Notes: generated from the sequence alone by a model not told the origin. A stretch of DNA of 64,000 bases from Lachnospiraceae bacterium (GCA_045531685.1 JAZSEL010000119.1:33436-97435), one strand, 5' to 3'; counted from the first letter of the stretch, positions 11,168 to 20,924 are shown. Program-made: numbers and translations.

Positions 11168-11306
11168 AAACCTTCTCCTTTTACCTGACTAAATATTTAA
11201 CTGAGTGGAATGTCTTTTTTACCGTAACATGATGACCGCTTGACTCGTCGCCATAACAGAAACACGGTTTACGTTTCCATCACGCTCTGATTAACGGTCG
11301 TCATAA

Positions 11307-11338
11307 CAAAAAAGACAACGAACAATGTTCGCTGTCTT
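11307..11338 (-). terminator. Rho-independent terminator of efp
   Basis: Minus strand AGACAGCGAAC-ATTG-TTCGTTGTCT followed by TTTTTT. Confidence 0.8.
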
Positions 11339-11375
11339 ATGAGCATATTCTGTACTTGATGTGCAGTTATAAGGC

Positions 11376-11933
11376 TTATACTCTGGAGAGATATTCTCCT
11401 GTACGAGTATCAATCTTAATTGTATCACCCTGGTCAACAAATAATGGAACCATTACCTTAGCACCTGTTTCAACGATAGCAGGCTTTGTTGCACCTGTAG
11501 CTGTATCGCCCTTGAAACCTGGCTCTGTATCTGTGATAACTAATTCTACAAATAATGGTGGTTCTACTGCAAATACATTACCATTGTGAGAACATACTTT
11601 ACACATTTCGTTCTCTTTTACAAATGTTAATGCATCACCGATTGCATCCTGTGCAAGGGCAATCTGATCATAGCTTTCAACATCCATGAAGTAGAATAAA
11701 TCTCCATCATTGTAAAGATACTGCATATCTTTTCTATCAATACGTGCCTGTGGGCATTTTTCAGTAGGACGGAAAGTTTTTTCTACAACACCACCACTCT
11801 TGATGTTTTTTAACTTTGTTCTAACGAACGCTGCTCCTTTACCCGGTTTTACATGCTGGAATTCGATAATCTGGAAAATATTTCCTTCTAATTCTATGGT
11901 AACACCATTTCTGAAATCACCTGCAGAAATCAT
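11376..11933 (-). CDS. efp: Elongation factor P
   Basis: 185 aa. [43 protein letters not shown] is canonical EF-P. Confidence 0.97.
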   Translation of the reverse strand: MISAGDFRNGVTIELEGNIFQIIEFQHVKPGKGAAFVRTKLKNIKSGGVVEKTFRPTEKCPQARIDRKDMQYLYNDGDLFYFMDVESYDQIALAQDAIGDALTFVKENEMCKVCSHNGNVFAVEPPLFVELVITDTEPGFKGDTATGATKPAIVETGAKVMVPLFVDQGDTIKIDTRTGEYLSRV

Positions 11934-12029
11934 ACTAAATCCTCCTAAAATTGTTCACGTTATAATTCTTTAACAGTTTACATGATTATGTTCCATATTT
12001 CAACACTTTTTTAAGATTTTTCCACCGGT

Positions 12030-12461
12030 TCATCCGCGCGTAAGAAGATAGTCGATAGCCATCAGATATCCCTGTAATCCCTGTCCGTAAATTTGCTTAT
12101 CACAGGCTGGTGCCGTCACTGACACTTTACGGAATTCTTCTCTTTTTGTAATATCGGAAATGTGGATTTCCACCTTTGGAATAGCAATACTTGCAAGAGC
12201 ATCGTGAATGGCATAACTATAATGCGTGTACGCTCCCGGATTAATCACAATCCCTTCTGTCTTGTCAAAATAAGCTTTCTGAATACGGTCAATAATAGCG
12301 CCCTCATGGTTGCTCTGAAAGCATTCCACTTCACATCCACATTCTTTACACTTTTCCTCTATCATATTCACAAGATATTGATAATCCTGTTTCCCATAGA
12401 TTCCCGGCTCACGAATACCTAAAAAGTTCAGATTCGGTCCGTTAATAACCAGTATTTTCAT
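12030..12461 (-). CDS. aroQ: Type II 3-dehydroquinate dehydratase
   Basis: KILVINGPNLNFLGIREPGIYG and the HISD motif. The start was moved to the second ATG, which has AAGGAG 8 nt upstream and an ATGA overlap with the aroK stop. Confidence 0.93.
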   Translation of the reverse strand: MKILVINGPNLNFLGIREPGIYGKQDYQYLVNMIEEKCKECGCEVECFQSNHEGAIIDRIQKAYFDKTEGIVINPGAYTHYSYAIHDALASIAIPKVEIHISDITKREEFRKVSVTAPACDKQIYGQGLQGYLMAIDYLLTRG

Positions 12462-12967
12462 TGGCATTTCTCCTTAATTTCTTCTATGATATCTGAAAAT
12501 TCCCTATCATCTACATGAATAATATATTCTGCCGCATCCTCATAATAATTCTTTCTCGCATTCATCAAATCCATAATCCTGCCTCTTGGGTTCATTCCCT
12601 GCAAAAGAGGTCTTGTCTTATCATTGTGAAGACGCTTGTATATTACCTCCGGTGATGCTTTCAAATATACAACATGTCCGATTTGTAAAAGAAGTTTCCG
12701 GTTTTCTTCCCGGATAGGAAGCCCACCTCCCACAGAAAGCACAAAGGGTTTTTCTGTATATTCCAAAATCTGTCGTAAACATTCCGTTTCCATATTCCGG
12801 AAGGCGGCTTCTCCCTTTGTTTCAAAAATCTCCGATATGGTGGTTTGTTGTTCCCTTTCAATCCATTCATCCGTATCCAAAAATTCCATATTTTCCGATT
12901 CTGCAAGACGCTTTCCCACGCTGGTTTTTCCGCATCCCATAAACCCGATTAAGATTATATTTTTCAT
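12458..12967 (-). CDS. aroK: Shikimate kinase
   Basis: P-loop GFMGCGKTSVGKRLA. The start was set at MKNIILIG (GGGAGA RBS) rather than the longer ORF, which would overlap aroE. Confidence 0.9.
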   Translation of the reverse strand: MKNIILIGFMGCGKTSVGKRLAESENMEFLDTDEWIEREQQTTISEIFETKGEAAFRNMETECLRQILEYTEKPFVLSVGGGLPIREENRKLLLQIGHVVYLKASPEVIYKRLHNDKTRPLLQGMNPRGRIMDLMNARKNYYEDAAEYIIHVDDREFSDIIEEIKEKCQ

Positions 12968-12995
12968 GCTTTTCTCCCGTATATACACATTTCCT

Positions 12996-13859
12996 CTATT
13001 GGGCAAGTTTATGTAACAAAGCCTCATAAGCCTTTTGAACAATTTCATCCGGAACTACTGTCTCATTCCACATCTCGTAGGCAGCAACTCCCTGGTACAA
13101 CAACATCTTAAGACCATTATAGGCCTTTGCTCCCTGTTCCTTGGCAAGCCGCATAAATGTAGTCTCTGCCGGTGTATATATCAAATCATACACCACTGCT
13201 GCCTTATGAAAGAATGTCCGGTCACTAACCGGTGTTTCTTCCACTTTAGGAGAAAGCCCCACCTTGGTAGCCTGCAATACTAAAAATCCATCTCCCTGTA
13301 TTTGTTCATAATCCGATAGCGGCAATGCCGTAATCCTATCATATCCGGCCTTTTGTTTTACTTCTTCTGCCACACGACACGCTTTTTCCAACGTACGGTT
13401 TAGTATGTATACTTCCTTTGCCTTATAAAAGGCGCACATAAATGCCGCTGCCCTGGCAGCTCCACCTGCTCCTAAAATCATTACACGGGCGCCCTCTACA
13501 TCTATGCCCTCGCTTTTTATTGCCCGATATAATCCCGGAAGGTCTGTGTTATATCCTTTAAAACCTCCCTCTGTCCTTACAAGAGTATTCACTGCACCAA
13601 TAACAGCCGCCTGCTCATCCATACTAACCAGACTCCCGATAACATCACTCTTATACGGAACGGTCACATTCATTCCCCGAATTCCCAATGCATAGGCTCC
13701 CTTTACCGCTGTCTGTGCATCTTCCTCTACCGGAAACGGAAGATATACTACATTCTCTCCCATATTTTCTGCAATGGTATTATGGATTACCGGAGATAAT
13801 GTATGCTCCACCGGGTTGCCAATCAAACCCAATACCTTTGTTTTTCCATTAATTTCCAT
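12996..13859 (-). CDS. aroE: Shikimate dehydrogenase
   Basis: 287 aa. GLIGNPVEHTLSPVIHN, NVTVPYK and GAGGAARA motifs. Confidence 0.93.
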   Translation of the reverse strand: MEINGKTKVLGLIGNPVEHTLSPVIHNTIAENMGENVVYLPFPVEEDAQTAVKGAYALGIRGMNVTVPYKSDVIGSLVSMDEQAAVIGAVNTLVRTEGGFKGYNTDLPGLYRAIKSEGIDVEGARVMILGAGGAARAAAFMCAFYKAKEVYILNRTLEKACRVAEEVKQKAGYDRITALPLSDYEQIQGDGFLVLQATKVGLSPKVEETPVSDRTFFHKAAVVYDLIYTPAETTFMRLAKEQGAKAYNGLKMLLYQGVAAYEMWNETVVPDEIVQKAYEALLHKLAQ

Positions 13860-13871
13860 AATGCTATCCTT

Positions 13872-14384
13872 CTATTCCTTACTCTTGATACTGTATTTTT
13901 TCAAATATGAACGCAACACGATTGCTTCCAATTTACGTTTTAATACAATCTGAATTTCCTCTTTAGGATTCATGGGCTTTACCAGAAGTGAACGGATTTT
14001 GGCATTCTTAGCTCCCCACACATCTGTAAAAAGCTGGTCTCCTACAAAAACCGTCGTATTCTCATCCGTTCCCATGAGTGCCATTGCCTCCCGATATTTT
14101 ACCGGAGACGGCTTATTTGCCTTCCATATCATATGTACTCCGATTGGCTCATTAAACATGGCCACTCTGGCTTCCTTATTATTTGATAAAAGAACCGCAT
14201 CCCAACCGATAGCTTTCAGCTGTTCAAACAATGCAATACTTCTCTCATCCGCCGGAGCTCCATGGGGTACCAGTGTATTATCAATATCAAAAATCACTCC
14301 ACGGTATCCTTCTTTATACAGCCTCTCAAAATCAATACTATAGGTGGAATCATAATATTCATCCGGATAAAAAATCTCAAACAT
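13872..14384 (-). CDS. YqeG-family HAD-IIIA phosphatase
   Basis: FDIDNTLV catalytic motif plus VGDQLFTDV. The ATG at 14384 is preferred over the TTG at 14402. Confidence 0.85.
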   Translation of the reverse strand: MFEIFYPDEYYDSTYSIDFERLYKEGYRGVIFDIDNTLVPHGAPADERSIALFEQLKAIGWDAVLLSNNKEARVAMFNEPIGVHMIWKANKPSPVKYREAMALMGTDENTTVFVGDQLFTDVWGAKNAKIRSLLVKPMNPKEEIQIVLKRKLEAIVLRSYLKKYSIKSKE

Positions 14385-14442
14385 CTTTCTAATCCCTTTC
14401 AAAATATGGAAAGCCGTCTGATACTATCAGACGGCTAAATGA

Positions 14443-14760
14443 CTACCCTTTTTTTGCAATACGATTGTATTGTGTTGTAAAAAACAATTTCGCAAAAGTT
14501 GCAATTACCAAAAGAATAATGTCCCATTCTGCAATTCGGAATGCCACTACCTTTGCCGATGCAAACCATGCGGTCTCATCAAACCATTTCCCGCCGAAAA
14601 ACAGGAACAAAAGAAGTAACACACCTATAAATAGGAAAATCAGACGAAAACCGTTCGCCAACTCAATTTTCCCTCTTGCATCCAGAAGCTTCTGTTCTTT
14701 TTCATTTGTCGCCATTACAAAGTCCTCACTTACTACTCCGGTATCCGGCACTTTCTTCAC
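14443..14760 (-). CDS. Hypothetical membrane protein
   Basis: 105-aa ORF with two hydrophobic segments, packed tightly between nrdR and the HAD gene. Confidence 0.5.
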   Translation of the reverse strand: MKKVPDTGVVSEDFVMATNEKEQKLLDARGKIELANGFRLIFLFIGVLLLLFLFFGGKWFDETAWFASAKVVAFRIAEWDIILLVIATFAKLFFTTQYNRIAKKG

Positions 14761-14763
14761 ACT

Positions 14764-15216
14764 TTATTTGGATATCACTTTCTTAAGCTCATCCATAAAA
14801 GTATTAATATCTTTAAATTCACGGTAAACGGAAGCAAAACGCACGTAAGCAACTGCTTCCAAATCCTTTAATTTATTCATAACCAACTCACCGATAATAC
14901 GGCTTGGAATCTCTTTTTCTTCCATATTGAAAATTTCGGTTTCCACTTCGTCAATCAGCTGGTTAATCTGATTGGCACTAATAGGACGCTTATGGCATGC
15001 ACGCAGCACACCTGCCTCAATCTTGGAACGGTCATATGTCTCACGATTATCATCCTTCTTAATAATAATCAGCGGAATTGTCTCAATTTTCTCATATGTG
15101 GTAAAACGCTTACCGCATTCATCGCACACCCTGCGTCGTCTGATGGAGTTATTCTCCTCAGCAGGTCTGGAATCAATTACTCTTGTATTTTCGTGGCTGC
15201 AAAACGGACATTTCAT
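14764..15216 (-). CDS. nrdR: Transcriptional repressor NrdR
   Basis: MKCPFCSHENTRVIDSRP...RRRRVCDECGKRFTTYE zinc ribbon plus ATP-cone. The start is at the ATG preceded by GGGGGA. Confidence 0.95.
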   Translation of the reverse strand: MKCPFCSHENTRVIDSRPAEENNSIRRRRVCDECGKRFTTYEKIETIPLIIIKKDDNRETYDRSKIEAGVLRACHKRPISANQINQLIDEVETEIFNMEEKEIPSRIIGELVMNKLKDLEAVAYVRFASVYREFKDINTFMDELKKVISK

Positions 15217-15247
15217 ATTTTCGTCCCCCATCTTCCCATTTTCAAAT

Positions 15248-15276
15248 ATTATATTTGATTTAGAAATTTATGTCAA
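15248..15276 (-). promoter_or_regulatory. Consensus sigma-A promoter upstream of nrdR
   Basis: Minus strand TTGACA-17 nt-TATAAT, about 30 nt upstream of the nrdR start. Confidence 0.7.
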
Positions 15277-15298
15277 CTTTTTTAGACGTTGAGGGGGA

Positions 15299-15466
15299 TT
15301 TGACTGTTCCGGCCGGTAGGCGGGCAGGGATATGCCACTCACAACACGCTTTCGCTCCCTTTATAACGTAACGGCACTAAACTCGAAAAAACCTCGTTAA
15401 GTGCCGACGTTAACAGAGGGTTGTTTGTGGCATATCCCTGCCCGCCTACCGGCCGGAACAGTCAAA
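15299..15466. repeat. Long inverted-repeat element with perfect 40-bp arms flanking an 88-bp, itself partly palindromic, centre
   Basis: Left arm 15299-15338 is TTTGACTGTTCCGGCCGGTAGGCGGGCAGGGATATGCCAC. Right arm 15427-15466 is its exact reverse complement. The arms are GC-rich compared with their surroundings. Confidence 0.9.
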
Positions 15467-15472
15467 ATTCCT

Positions 15473-15700
15473 CTACAAATCTACAATAATAATGTCGGGG
15501 CCGATTTGCTTGATGTCACTGTAGCAAATGTAACATTCGTTGTCGCAGCATAGGCTGGGTATCCATTTGTTGCGGTCGGAAACGATTATTTTTTTGATAC
15601 AGCCGGTGCAATGGTCGAATTCCAAGTCTGTGACATAACCGATGCGGTTGCAGGTTTTTAAACTGATAACTTCTTTTTTCTTTAATTCACAAAAGAGCAT
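15473..15700 (-). CDS. ylmC: YlmC/YmxH-family sporulation protein (PRC-barrel)
   Basis: 75 aa. The motifs KKEVISLKTCNRIGYVTDLEFD...I..IIV match the family. Confidence 0.85.
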   Translation of the reverse strand: MLFCELKKKEVISLKTCNRIGYVTDLEFDHCTGCIKKIIVSDRNKWIPSLCCDNECYICYSDIKQIGPDIIIVDL

Positions 15701-15754
15701 AGTGTTCCCGTTTTTCTTTTAGTATATGTGGGGAGCATCCCATAAGTCACTCCT

Positions 15755-16537
15755 CTATGCTTCTCTTAAATAATTTCTCATAATGCGAAGAGCATTCTTC
15801 TCCAAACGGCTGACCTGTGCCTGGGAAATATTAATCATATCGGCAACCTCCATCTGGGTTTTCCCTTCAAAGAAACGCAGACCGATGATTTCTTTTTCAC
15901 GGGCAGTCAGTTTTTTCATGGCGTCCTTCAGGGCGAGGGTTTCCACCCAGTTTTCTTCTTTATTTTTCTTATCACTGACCTGGTCCATGACATAAAGGGT
16001 ATCCCCACCGTCCGTATACACCGGTTCATATAAGCTGACCGGGCTTTGGATAGCATCCAGTGCATAGATAATATCCTCGCTGGGAATACCGATTTCTGCC
16101 GCCACTTCATTAATTGTGGGTTCTACTGCATTCTGTCTTGTCATACACTCTCTGGCATAGATGGCTTTATAGGCCGTATCCTTTAGCGAACGGCTGACAC
16201 GGATGCTGCCGGAATCGCGCAGGTAACGTCTGACCTCTCCCTGAATCATAGGTACTGCATAGGTTGAAAATTTAACCATCATAGAAGTGTTAAAATTATC
16301 AATTGCCTTAATCAGACCAATACATCCGATTTGAAACAAATCGTCCAGATTTTCACTGCTGTTTGCAAATCTTCGAATGACACTCAATACCAGACGTAAA
16401 TTTCCTTCAATATACTGCTGTCTGGCTTCTTCATCTCCTTGCTTAATACGGGTAAAAAAAGCTTCCTGCTCTGACGACTTCAGAAGCGGAAGCTTTGCTG
16501 TATTAACTCCACAGATTTCTACTTTTCCTTGTGCCAT
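15755..16537 (-). CDS. sigG: Sporulation sigma factor SigG
   Basis: 260 aa. KVEICGVNTAKLPLLK N-terminus and sigma-70 regions 2-4, in the conserved position downstream of sigE. Confidence 0.92.
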   Translation of the reverse strand: MAQGKVEICGVNTAKLPLLKSSEQEAFFTRIKQGDEEARQQYIEGNLRLVLSVIRRFANSSENLDDLFQIGCIGLIKAIDNFNTSMMVKFSTYAVPMIQGEVRRYLRDSGSIRVSRSLKDTAYKAIYARECMTRQNAVEPTINEVAAEIGIPSEDIIYALDAIQSPVSLYEPVYTDGGDTLYVMDQVSDKKNKEENWVETLALKDAMKKLTAREKEIIGLRFFEGKTQMEVADMINISQAQVSRLEKNALRIMRNYLREA

Positions 16538-16565
16538 TCCTGCATCCTCCTAATAACTTTTGTTA

Positions 16566-17132
16566 TTAAGAGGATTGGCTGATTTGCGGTAATTTATTCA
16601 TAATATTTCGGATTGGCCGGTATAGAACCATCATGAAAACAAAATTGCCCATTCCGTGCAAAAGGTCATACGGAATCCCTGCCACCCACCAGGTAAAACC
16701 GGTGTACAGTCCATTTTTGATTCCTCCGTCAGCGGTTCCCATCACCACATACGGAATGGCACAAAAGAAACCAAATAACAGTCCGTACATGGCAGACAGA
16801 AAACTATATACCCATACCGAATCCATTTTTCTAACCAGTCTTGTTAAAAGCGCTAACGATGGCCACATATACAGATACATAATCCACCAGATTTGAAATC
16901 CAAACATGGCCCCTTCAATCAAGACAAAAACAGGAATTACCCAGAACACTTTGTTTCTGAAATAAATACTAAACATAATAATCCAGAAAGTAGTCAGTTC
17001 TATATTGGGTACCCCCATAAGCACCACCTTACACACCTCGATTATGGCTACCATCATACCGATATGTGCCATATCCCAAGCTGTAAGTTTCCATTTATTC
17101 TTGTGTTCCTTATTCAAAATAATTTGCCTCAC
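16566..17132 (-). CDS. ECF-transporter S-component-like membrane protein (candidate cobalamin-related substrate-capture subunit)
   Basis: 188 aa with about 6 TM segments. It lies downstream of a DUF4430 gene and a cobalamin riboswitch. Confidence 0.6.
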   Translation of the reverse strand: MRQIILNKEHKNKWKLTAWDMAHIGMMVAIIEVCKVVLMGVPNIELTTFWIIMFSIYFRNKVFWVIPVFVLIEGAMFGFQIWWIMYLYMWPSLALLTRLVRKMDSVWVYSFLSAMYGLLFGFFCAIPYVVMGTADGGIKNGLYTGFTWWVAGIPYDLLHGMGNFVFMMVLYRPIRNIMNKLPQISQSS

Positions 17133-17162
17133 AAACTTACCTTATGCCAATACTCACCGCAA

Positions 17163-17582
17163 CTATTCCGTATACACCGTATAGATAATCTGAAATGCAT
17201 CGCCATCCATAACCGGCTGGGAATCAATTCCGTAATTGCAGTACTCTTCATTCACATAAAAGCTCCAATAACTGCTATCCACTGTGAAATCTGCCGTTTC
17301 TCCGTTTACGGTATACACACTGAATCCATATGCACCTTCTTCTCCGTCAAAGGTGAGTCCGTCTGCTTCTTCCATTGCCTGACGTAAATACTCTGCATCC
17401 GTAGACAATTCATATACGGTACTCTCTGCTTCCTTATTCACAACTTCAATGGTAATGTTTTTGCTTCCTGCAACAGCCTTCGCTCCAAAGGTTACATACA
17501 CACCGATTAATGCTGCCACCACAGCAATCAGGACGGCAACTCCTAACGCAATTTTTCCTTTTGATACTTTTTTCTGTTCCAT
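17163..17582 (-). CDS. DUF4430-domain protein with an N-terminal membrane anchor
   Basis: 139 aa with a signal/anchor helix followed by a beta-rich domain typical of DUF4430. An AGGAG RBS is present. Confidence 0.7.
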   Translation of the reverse strand: MEQKKVSKGKIALGVAVLIAVVAALIGVYVTFGAKAVAGSKNITIEVVNKEAESTVYELSTDAEYLRQAMEEADGLTFDGEEGAYGFSVYTVNGETADFTVDSSYWSFYVNEEYCNYGIDSQPVMDGDAFQIIYTVYTE

Positions 17583-17645
17583 TTCTTTTCTCCTTTTTAT
17601 GTATGATTACATAATCAATCCGTGCTCCCAAAATGAAGCACGGTA

Positions 17646-17940
17646 CAAAAAAGACCTCTTACGCACTAACGTAAAAGGTCCTTATACATCACATTCCATT
17701 ACAATAAAGGGTTATAGCTCTTTATCTTATCCTTTGAAATGTACCAACCAGTTACTCGTGGTCTTATCAGTACCAAAACAGGCAGGTCTTCTGACTTAAG
17801 CATCCACACTTCATTTTGTCTTCCCGGTATTAACCAGTGACATGGTAAAATGAAGCTCCTCTATTACAGCGACGAGTTCGTATGGGATTTGCACCCATTT
17901 CCCTTTTCACCAGACCATTACGTCTGGCACCTGAGTTGTT
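17646..17940 (-). promoter_or_regulatory. Cobalamin (B12) riboswitch with a terminator expression platform
   Basis: Minus strand GGTGCCAGACGTAATGGTCTGGTGAAAAGGGAAATGGGTGCAAATCCCATAC...CGCTGTAA...AATACCGGGAAG. The B12 box AAGTCAGAAGACCTGCC is at 17781-17797. The terminator GACCTTTTACG-TTAGTG-CGTAAGAGGTC plus TTTTTT is at 17646-17682. Confidence 0.88.
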
Positions 17941-17978
17941 TTGTATTTGATTTTGCAGGCATAGTGTAACACACATTC

Positions 17979-18722
17979 CTAGTTCACACAACTCTTTATT
18001 TCCTTCTGCAAACGTTTCATAATCTTTTTCTCCAATCGGGAAATATACGATTGGGATATCCCCAGAAGATTTGCCACTTCCTTCTGGGTCATTTCTTCTC
18101 CGTCCCTGGAATTCAGTCCAAACCGCAGATTAATAATCAGTCTTTCCCTTTCTGAAAGCTTACCGATTGCCCTATTTAGCAATTTCCGCTCCACTTCATT
18201 TTCCAAATCCCTATAGATTACATCCTCATCCGTTCCCAGAATATCGGACAATAACAATTCGTTTCCATCCCAATCCACGTTCAAGGGTTCATCTATGGAT
18301 ACTTCCAGCTTGGTCTTATTGTTCCGCCTCAAATACATAAGTATTTCATTTTCAATGCATCTGGATGCATAAGTAGCCAGCTTTATGTTTTTATCAGGAT
18401 TATAGGTATTTACTGATTTGATAAGCCCTATGGTTCCTATGGAAATCAAATCCTCCACCCCGACTCCCGTATTATCAAATTTCTTTGCAATATATACCAC
18501 AAGCCGCAAATTATGCTCAATCAGTATGGATCTTGCATCTGCATCGTCCTCCGTTGTAAGAGACTGTATCATTTCCAATTCTTTATCCGCCGGTAATGGT
18601 GGCGGAAGCACCTCCGTGCCTCCAATATAATGAATATCTCCCTGTCTTGCCATGAACAACCCGGTATCTTTCTGGGTAAATTTCATTTGAAACCTTCCGG
18701 GGAGTGTTACTCTTAATATCAT
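17979..18722 (-). CDS. sigE: Sporulation sigma factor SigE (pro-sigma-E)
   Basis: The pro-sequence is followed by [13 protein letters not shown]. It sits immediately after spoIIGA. An alternative start at 18686 is possible. Confidence 0.93.
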   Translation of the reverse strand: MILRVTLPGRFQMKFTQKDTGLFMARQGDIHYIGGTEVLPPPLPADKELEMIQSLTTEDDADARSILIEHNLRLVVYIAKKFDNTGVGVEDLISIGTIGLIKSVNTYNPDKNIKLATYASRCIENEILMYLRRNNKTKLEVSIDEPLNVDWDGNELLLSDILGTDEDVIYRDLENEVERKLLNRAIGKLSERERLIINLRFGLNSRDGEEMTQKEVANLLGISQSYISRLEKKIMKRLQKEIKSCVN

Positions 18723-18723
18723 T

Positions 18724-19554
18724 CTACTTCACTCCTTCTCTTAGTAACTTGGGTTGTAAAATCATTTGATAAGTATCCGGTGTTCCCACACTGTGCTCAC
18801 AGATGCCAATCATGGGTTTTTGAATTTCAATCTTTCTTTCGTCTGTATAAATAGTCAGACGGTCCATTTCATAACCACTTAGTATTCCATTCGGGGTTCC
18901 CACCGCATGATAGGGAATTGCCCTGAATTTCTGTGGTGGAAAATAATTCCGCTCTCCCTCCTTTACCCACTTCTGTTCAAAATATTCCTTCCCTACCAGG
19001 CATACCGCCTTCTTGCTGATTGGTTCCACCAGGCCATTTCCCGTATCCAACAAAGCATTCATGGAATATTCTTTTCCTTCACAAACGAGTATTACCCTGT
19101 AATACAGCTTTTGCCTGGATAGGATATACTGCTTCCCTATTACCCACAGCGCAGCAGAGATTCCTAACGTAACCGGTACTATTTCCATAATTGTGAATTC
19201 TCTTTTCAAAATCCACTTTTGCATTAGTGCAAGGGCTCCTCCCAGCAATACACTGAATTCCAACGCGGCCAGTAAGTATTTTATGTATGTCCCTATCCCA
19301 TTCTTTATTGGGAAAAGAATTCTGACGCTTACGGTTCCCACAAGAATTGCCCCCATGAGCAGACGCCAATACACCCTAAGGGGAAGCAGGAAACAAATAC
19401 AGCCGGTTAGTGCACCGAAAAAGGACACAAAAATGATTTTTTTCTGCGTGACAGAACAGGAAAAAAACAGATTTGTAAGTTCCCATATGCAAAACAAAAA
19501 TACGAAGTTCAATAGGAAAAAATAATCAATATAGATGAAATAGATTTTCCTCAC
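18724..19554 (-). CDS. spoIIGA: Sigma-E processing peptidase SpoIIGA
   Basis: 276 aa. A multi-TM N-terminus is followed by the aspartic protease motif LLDTGNGL. An AGGAGGTGA RBS is present. Confidence 0.9.
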   Translation of the reverse strand: MRKIYFIYIDYFFLLNFVFLFCIWELTNLFFSCSVTQKKIIFVSFFGALTGCICFLLPLRVYWRLLMGAILVGTVSVRILFPIKNGIGTYIKYLLAALEFSVLLGGALALMQKWILKREFTIMEIVPVTLGISAALWVIGKQYILSRQKLYYRVILVCEGKEYSMNALLDTGNGLVEPISKKAVCLVGKEYFEQKWVKEGERNYFPPQKFRAIPYHAVGTPNGILSGYEMDRLTIYTDERKIEIQKPMIGICEHSVGTPDTYQMILQPKLLREGVK

Positions 19555-19568
19555 CTCCTACACAAGCT

Positions 19569-19644
19569 AGTATAAGAAGTGAGGGACAGAAAATTTGTCA
19601 AAAGAGCAGATAAGAAATGTCATTTACATTTTGTTTTTTCGACA
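19569..19644 (-). promoter_or_regulatory. spoIIG-type promoter with an over-long spacer and an upstream Spo0A box
   Basis: Minus strand TTGACA (19596-19601), then a 21-nt spacer, then TATACT (19569-19574). A 0A box TGTCGAA is at 19638-19644. Confidence 0.6.
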
Positions 19645-19680
19645 CTTTTTCACGAAAGAATTATATCTCCTTAGAAACAT

Positions 19681-19740
19681 AAAAAAGAGTGCCCTATCCG
19701 GCGGTCCAAACAAAAGGCTCCGCTAAAAGGCACTCTTTTT
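19681..19740 (-). terminator. Terminator after ftsZ
   Basis: Minus strand AAGAGTGCC...GGCACTCTT stem (with a long structured loop) followed by TTTTTT. Confidence 0.6.
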
Positions 19741-19748
19741 ATTCGTTT

Positions 19749-20924
19749 TTATTTTTTCTGAAGGAATTCCGGAATCTTTAACTGATTCTCTTCTACCTTA
19801 CTTTTAATGTCTGTCGGACGCTGAATGCTTGTCGGACGAACGGTCTCTCTGGTAAGTCCCGGCTGTACAACCGGCTTAGTAGGAGCAACCCTTGTAACTC
19901 CAATCGGAGCCTTTGCAAATCCACCCAACGCTCCCGGTCTTGCTGTTGCATTTGCTGCATCTTCCAAACCGGTAGCAATAACAGTAATCTTACAACAGTC
20001 AGGCTGTGAATCGTCATACATAGCACCAAAGATAATATTGATGTCCTCTCCTGCAATCTGCTGAACGTAGTTAGCAGCATCATCTGCATCGTACATGGAA
20101 ATATCACCGGATACGTTGATGATAACATCGGTAGCACCCTTGATGGTAGTCTCTAATAACGGAGATTCCACTGCCATCTTAATTGCTTCCATAGCCTTAT
20201 CGTCACCCTTACCAAAACCAATACCGATATGAGCAACACCCTTACCGCGCATAACTGTCTGAACGTCTGCGAAGTCAAGATTGATAACAGCAGGTACATT
20301 AATTAAATCTGTGATTCCCTGAACTGCCTGCTGAAGAACTTCATCTGCCTTCTTAAGAGCTTCCGGCATAGTCGTTCTGCGGTCTACTATTTCTAATAAT
20401 TTATCATTTGGAATCACAATTAAAGTATCCACATTGCCTTTTAATTTTTCAATTCCGGCAATGGCATTGGTCATTCTTGCTCTTGCCTCAAAACGGAAAG
20501 GCTTTGTAACAACACCAACTGTAAGGATACCCATATCCTTAGCAATCTTAGCAACTACAGGAGCAGCACCCGTTCCTGTACCGCCACCCATTCCGCAGGT
20601 TACGAACACCATATTGTAATTCTGAAGAGCATTTACTAATTCATCGTAACTCTCTTCTGCTGCCTTCTCACCAATCTCAGGCTTTGCACCTGCTCCGAGT
20701 CCTTTTGTAAGCTTCTCACCAATCTGTAACAGCTTTGGTGCTTTACATAAAGAAAGAGCCTGCTTATCTGTATTGACTCCAATAAAATCTACTCCACTAA
20801 TACTCTCGTCGATCATTCTATTAACAGCATTATTACCGGCACCGCCTACACCTACAACCAATATCTTTGCACCGGATTCTGCATCGCTTGTCCTAATTTC
20901 TAACAAAGGTCTTTCCTCCTTCAT
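19749..20924 (-). CDS. ftsZ: Cell division protein FtsZ
   Basis: 391 aa with [13 protein letters not shown] and [11 protein letters not shown] tubulin signatures. Confidence 0.97.
   Translation of the reverse strand: MKEERPLLEIRTSDAESGAKILVVGVGGAGNNAVNRMIDESISGVDFIGVNTDKQALSLCKAPKLLQIGEKLTKGLGAGAKPEIGEKAAEESYDELVNALQNYNMVFVTCGMGGGTGTGAAPVVAKIAKDMGILTVGVVTKPFRFEARARMTNAIAGIEKLKGNVDTLIVIPNDKLLEIVDRRTTMPEALKKADEVLQQAVQGITDLINVPAVINLDFADVQTVMRGKGVAHIGIGFGKGDDKAMEAIKMAVESPLLETTIKGATDVIINVSGDISMYDADDAANYVQQIAGEDINIIFGAMYDDSQPDCCKITVIATGLEDAANATARPGALGGFAKAPIGVTRVAPTKPVVQPGLTRETVRPTSIQRPTDIKSKVEENQLKIPEFLQKK

Noticed and set aside
12661-12906. 81-aa minus-strand ORF inside aroK
   Set aside because: It is an alternative frame of the well-supported shikimate kinase gene and has no independent signals.
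15291-15340. Tn3-family terminal inverted repeat (GGGG-start, about 38 bp) for the long hairpin arms
   Set aside because: Only the left flank has a GGGGG run. The right flank reads GAGGAAT. No transposase or resolvase is nearby, so this was kept only as a generic MITE possibility.
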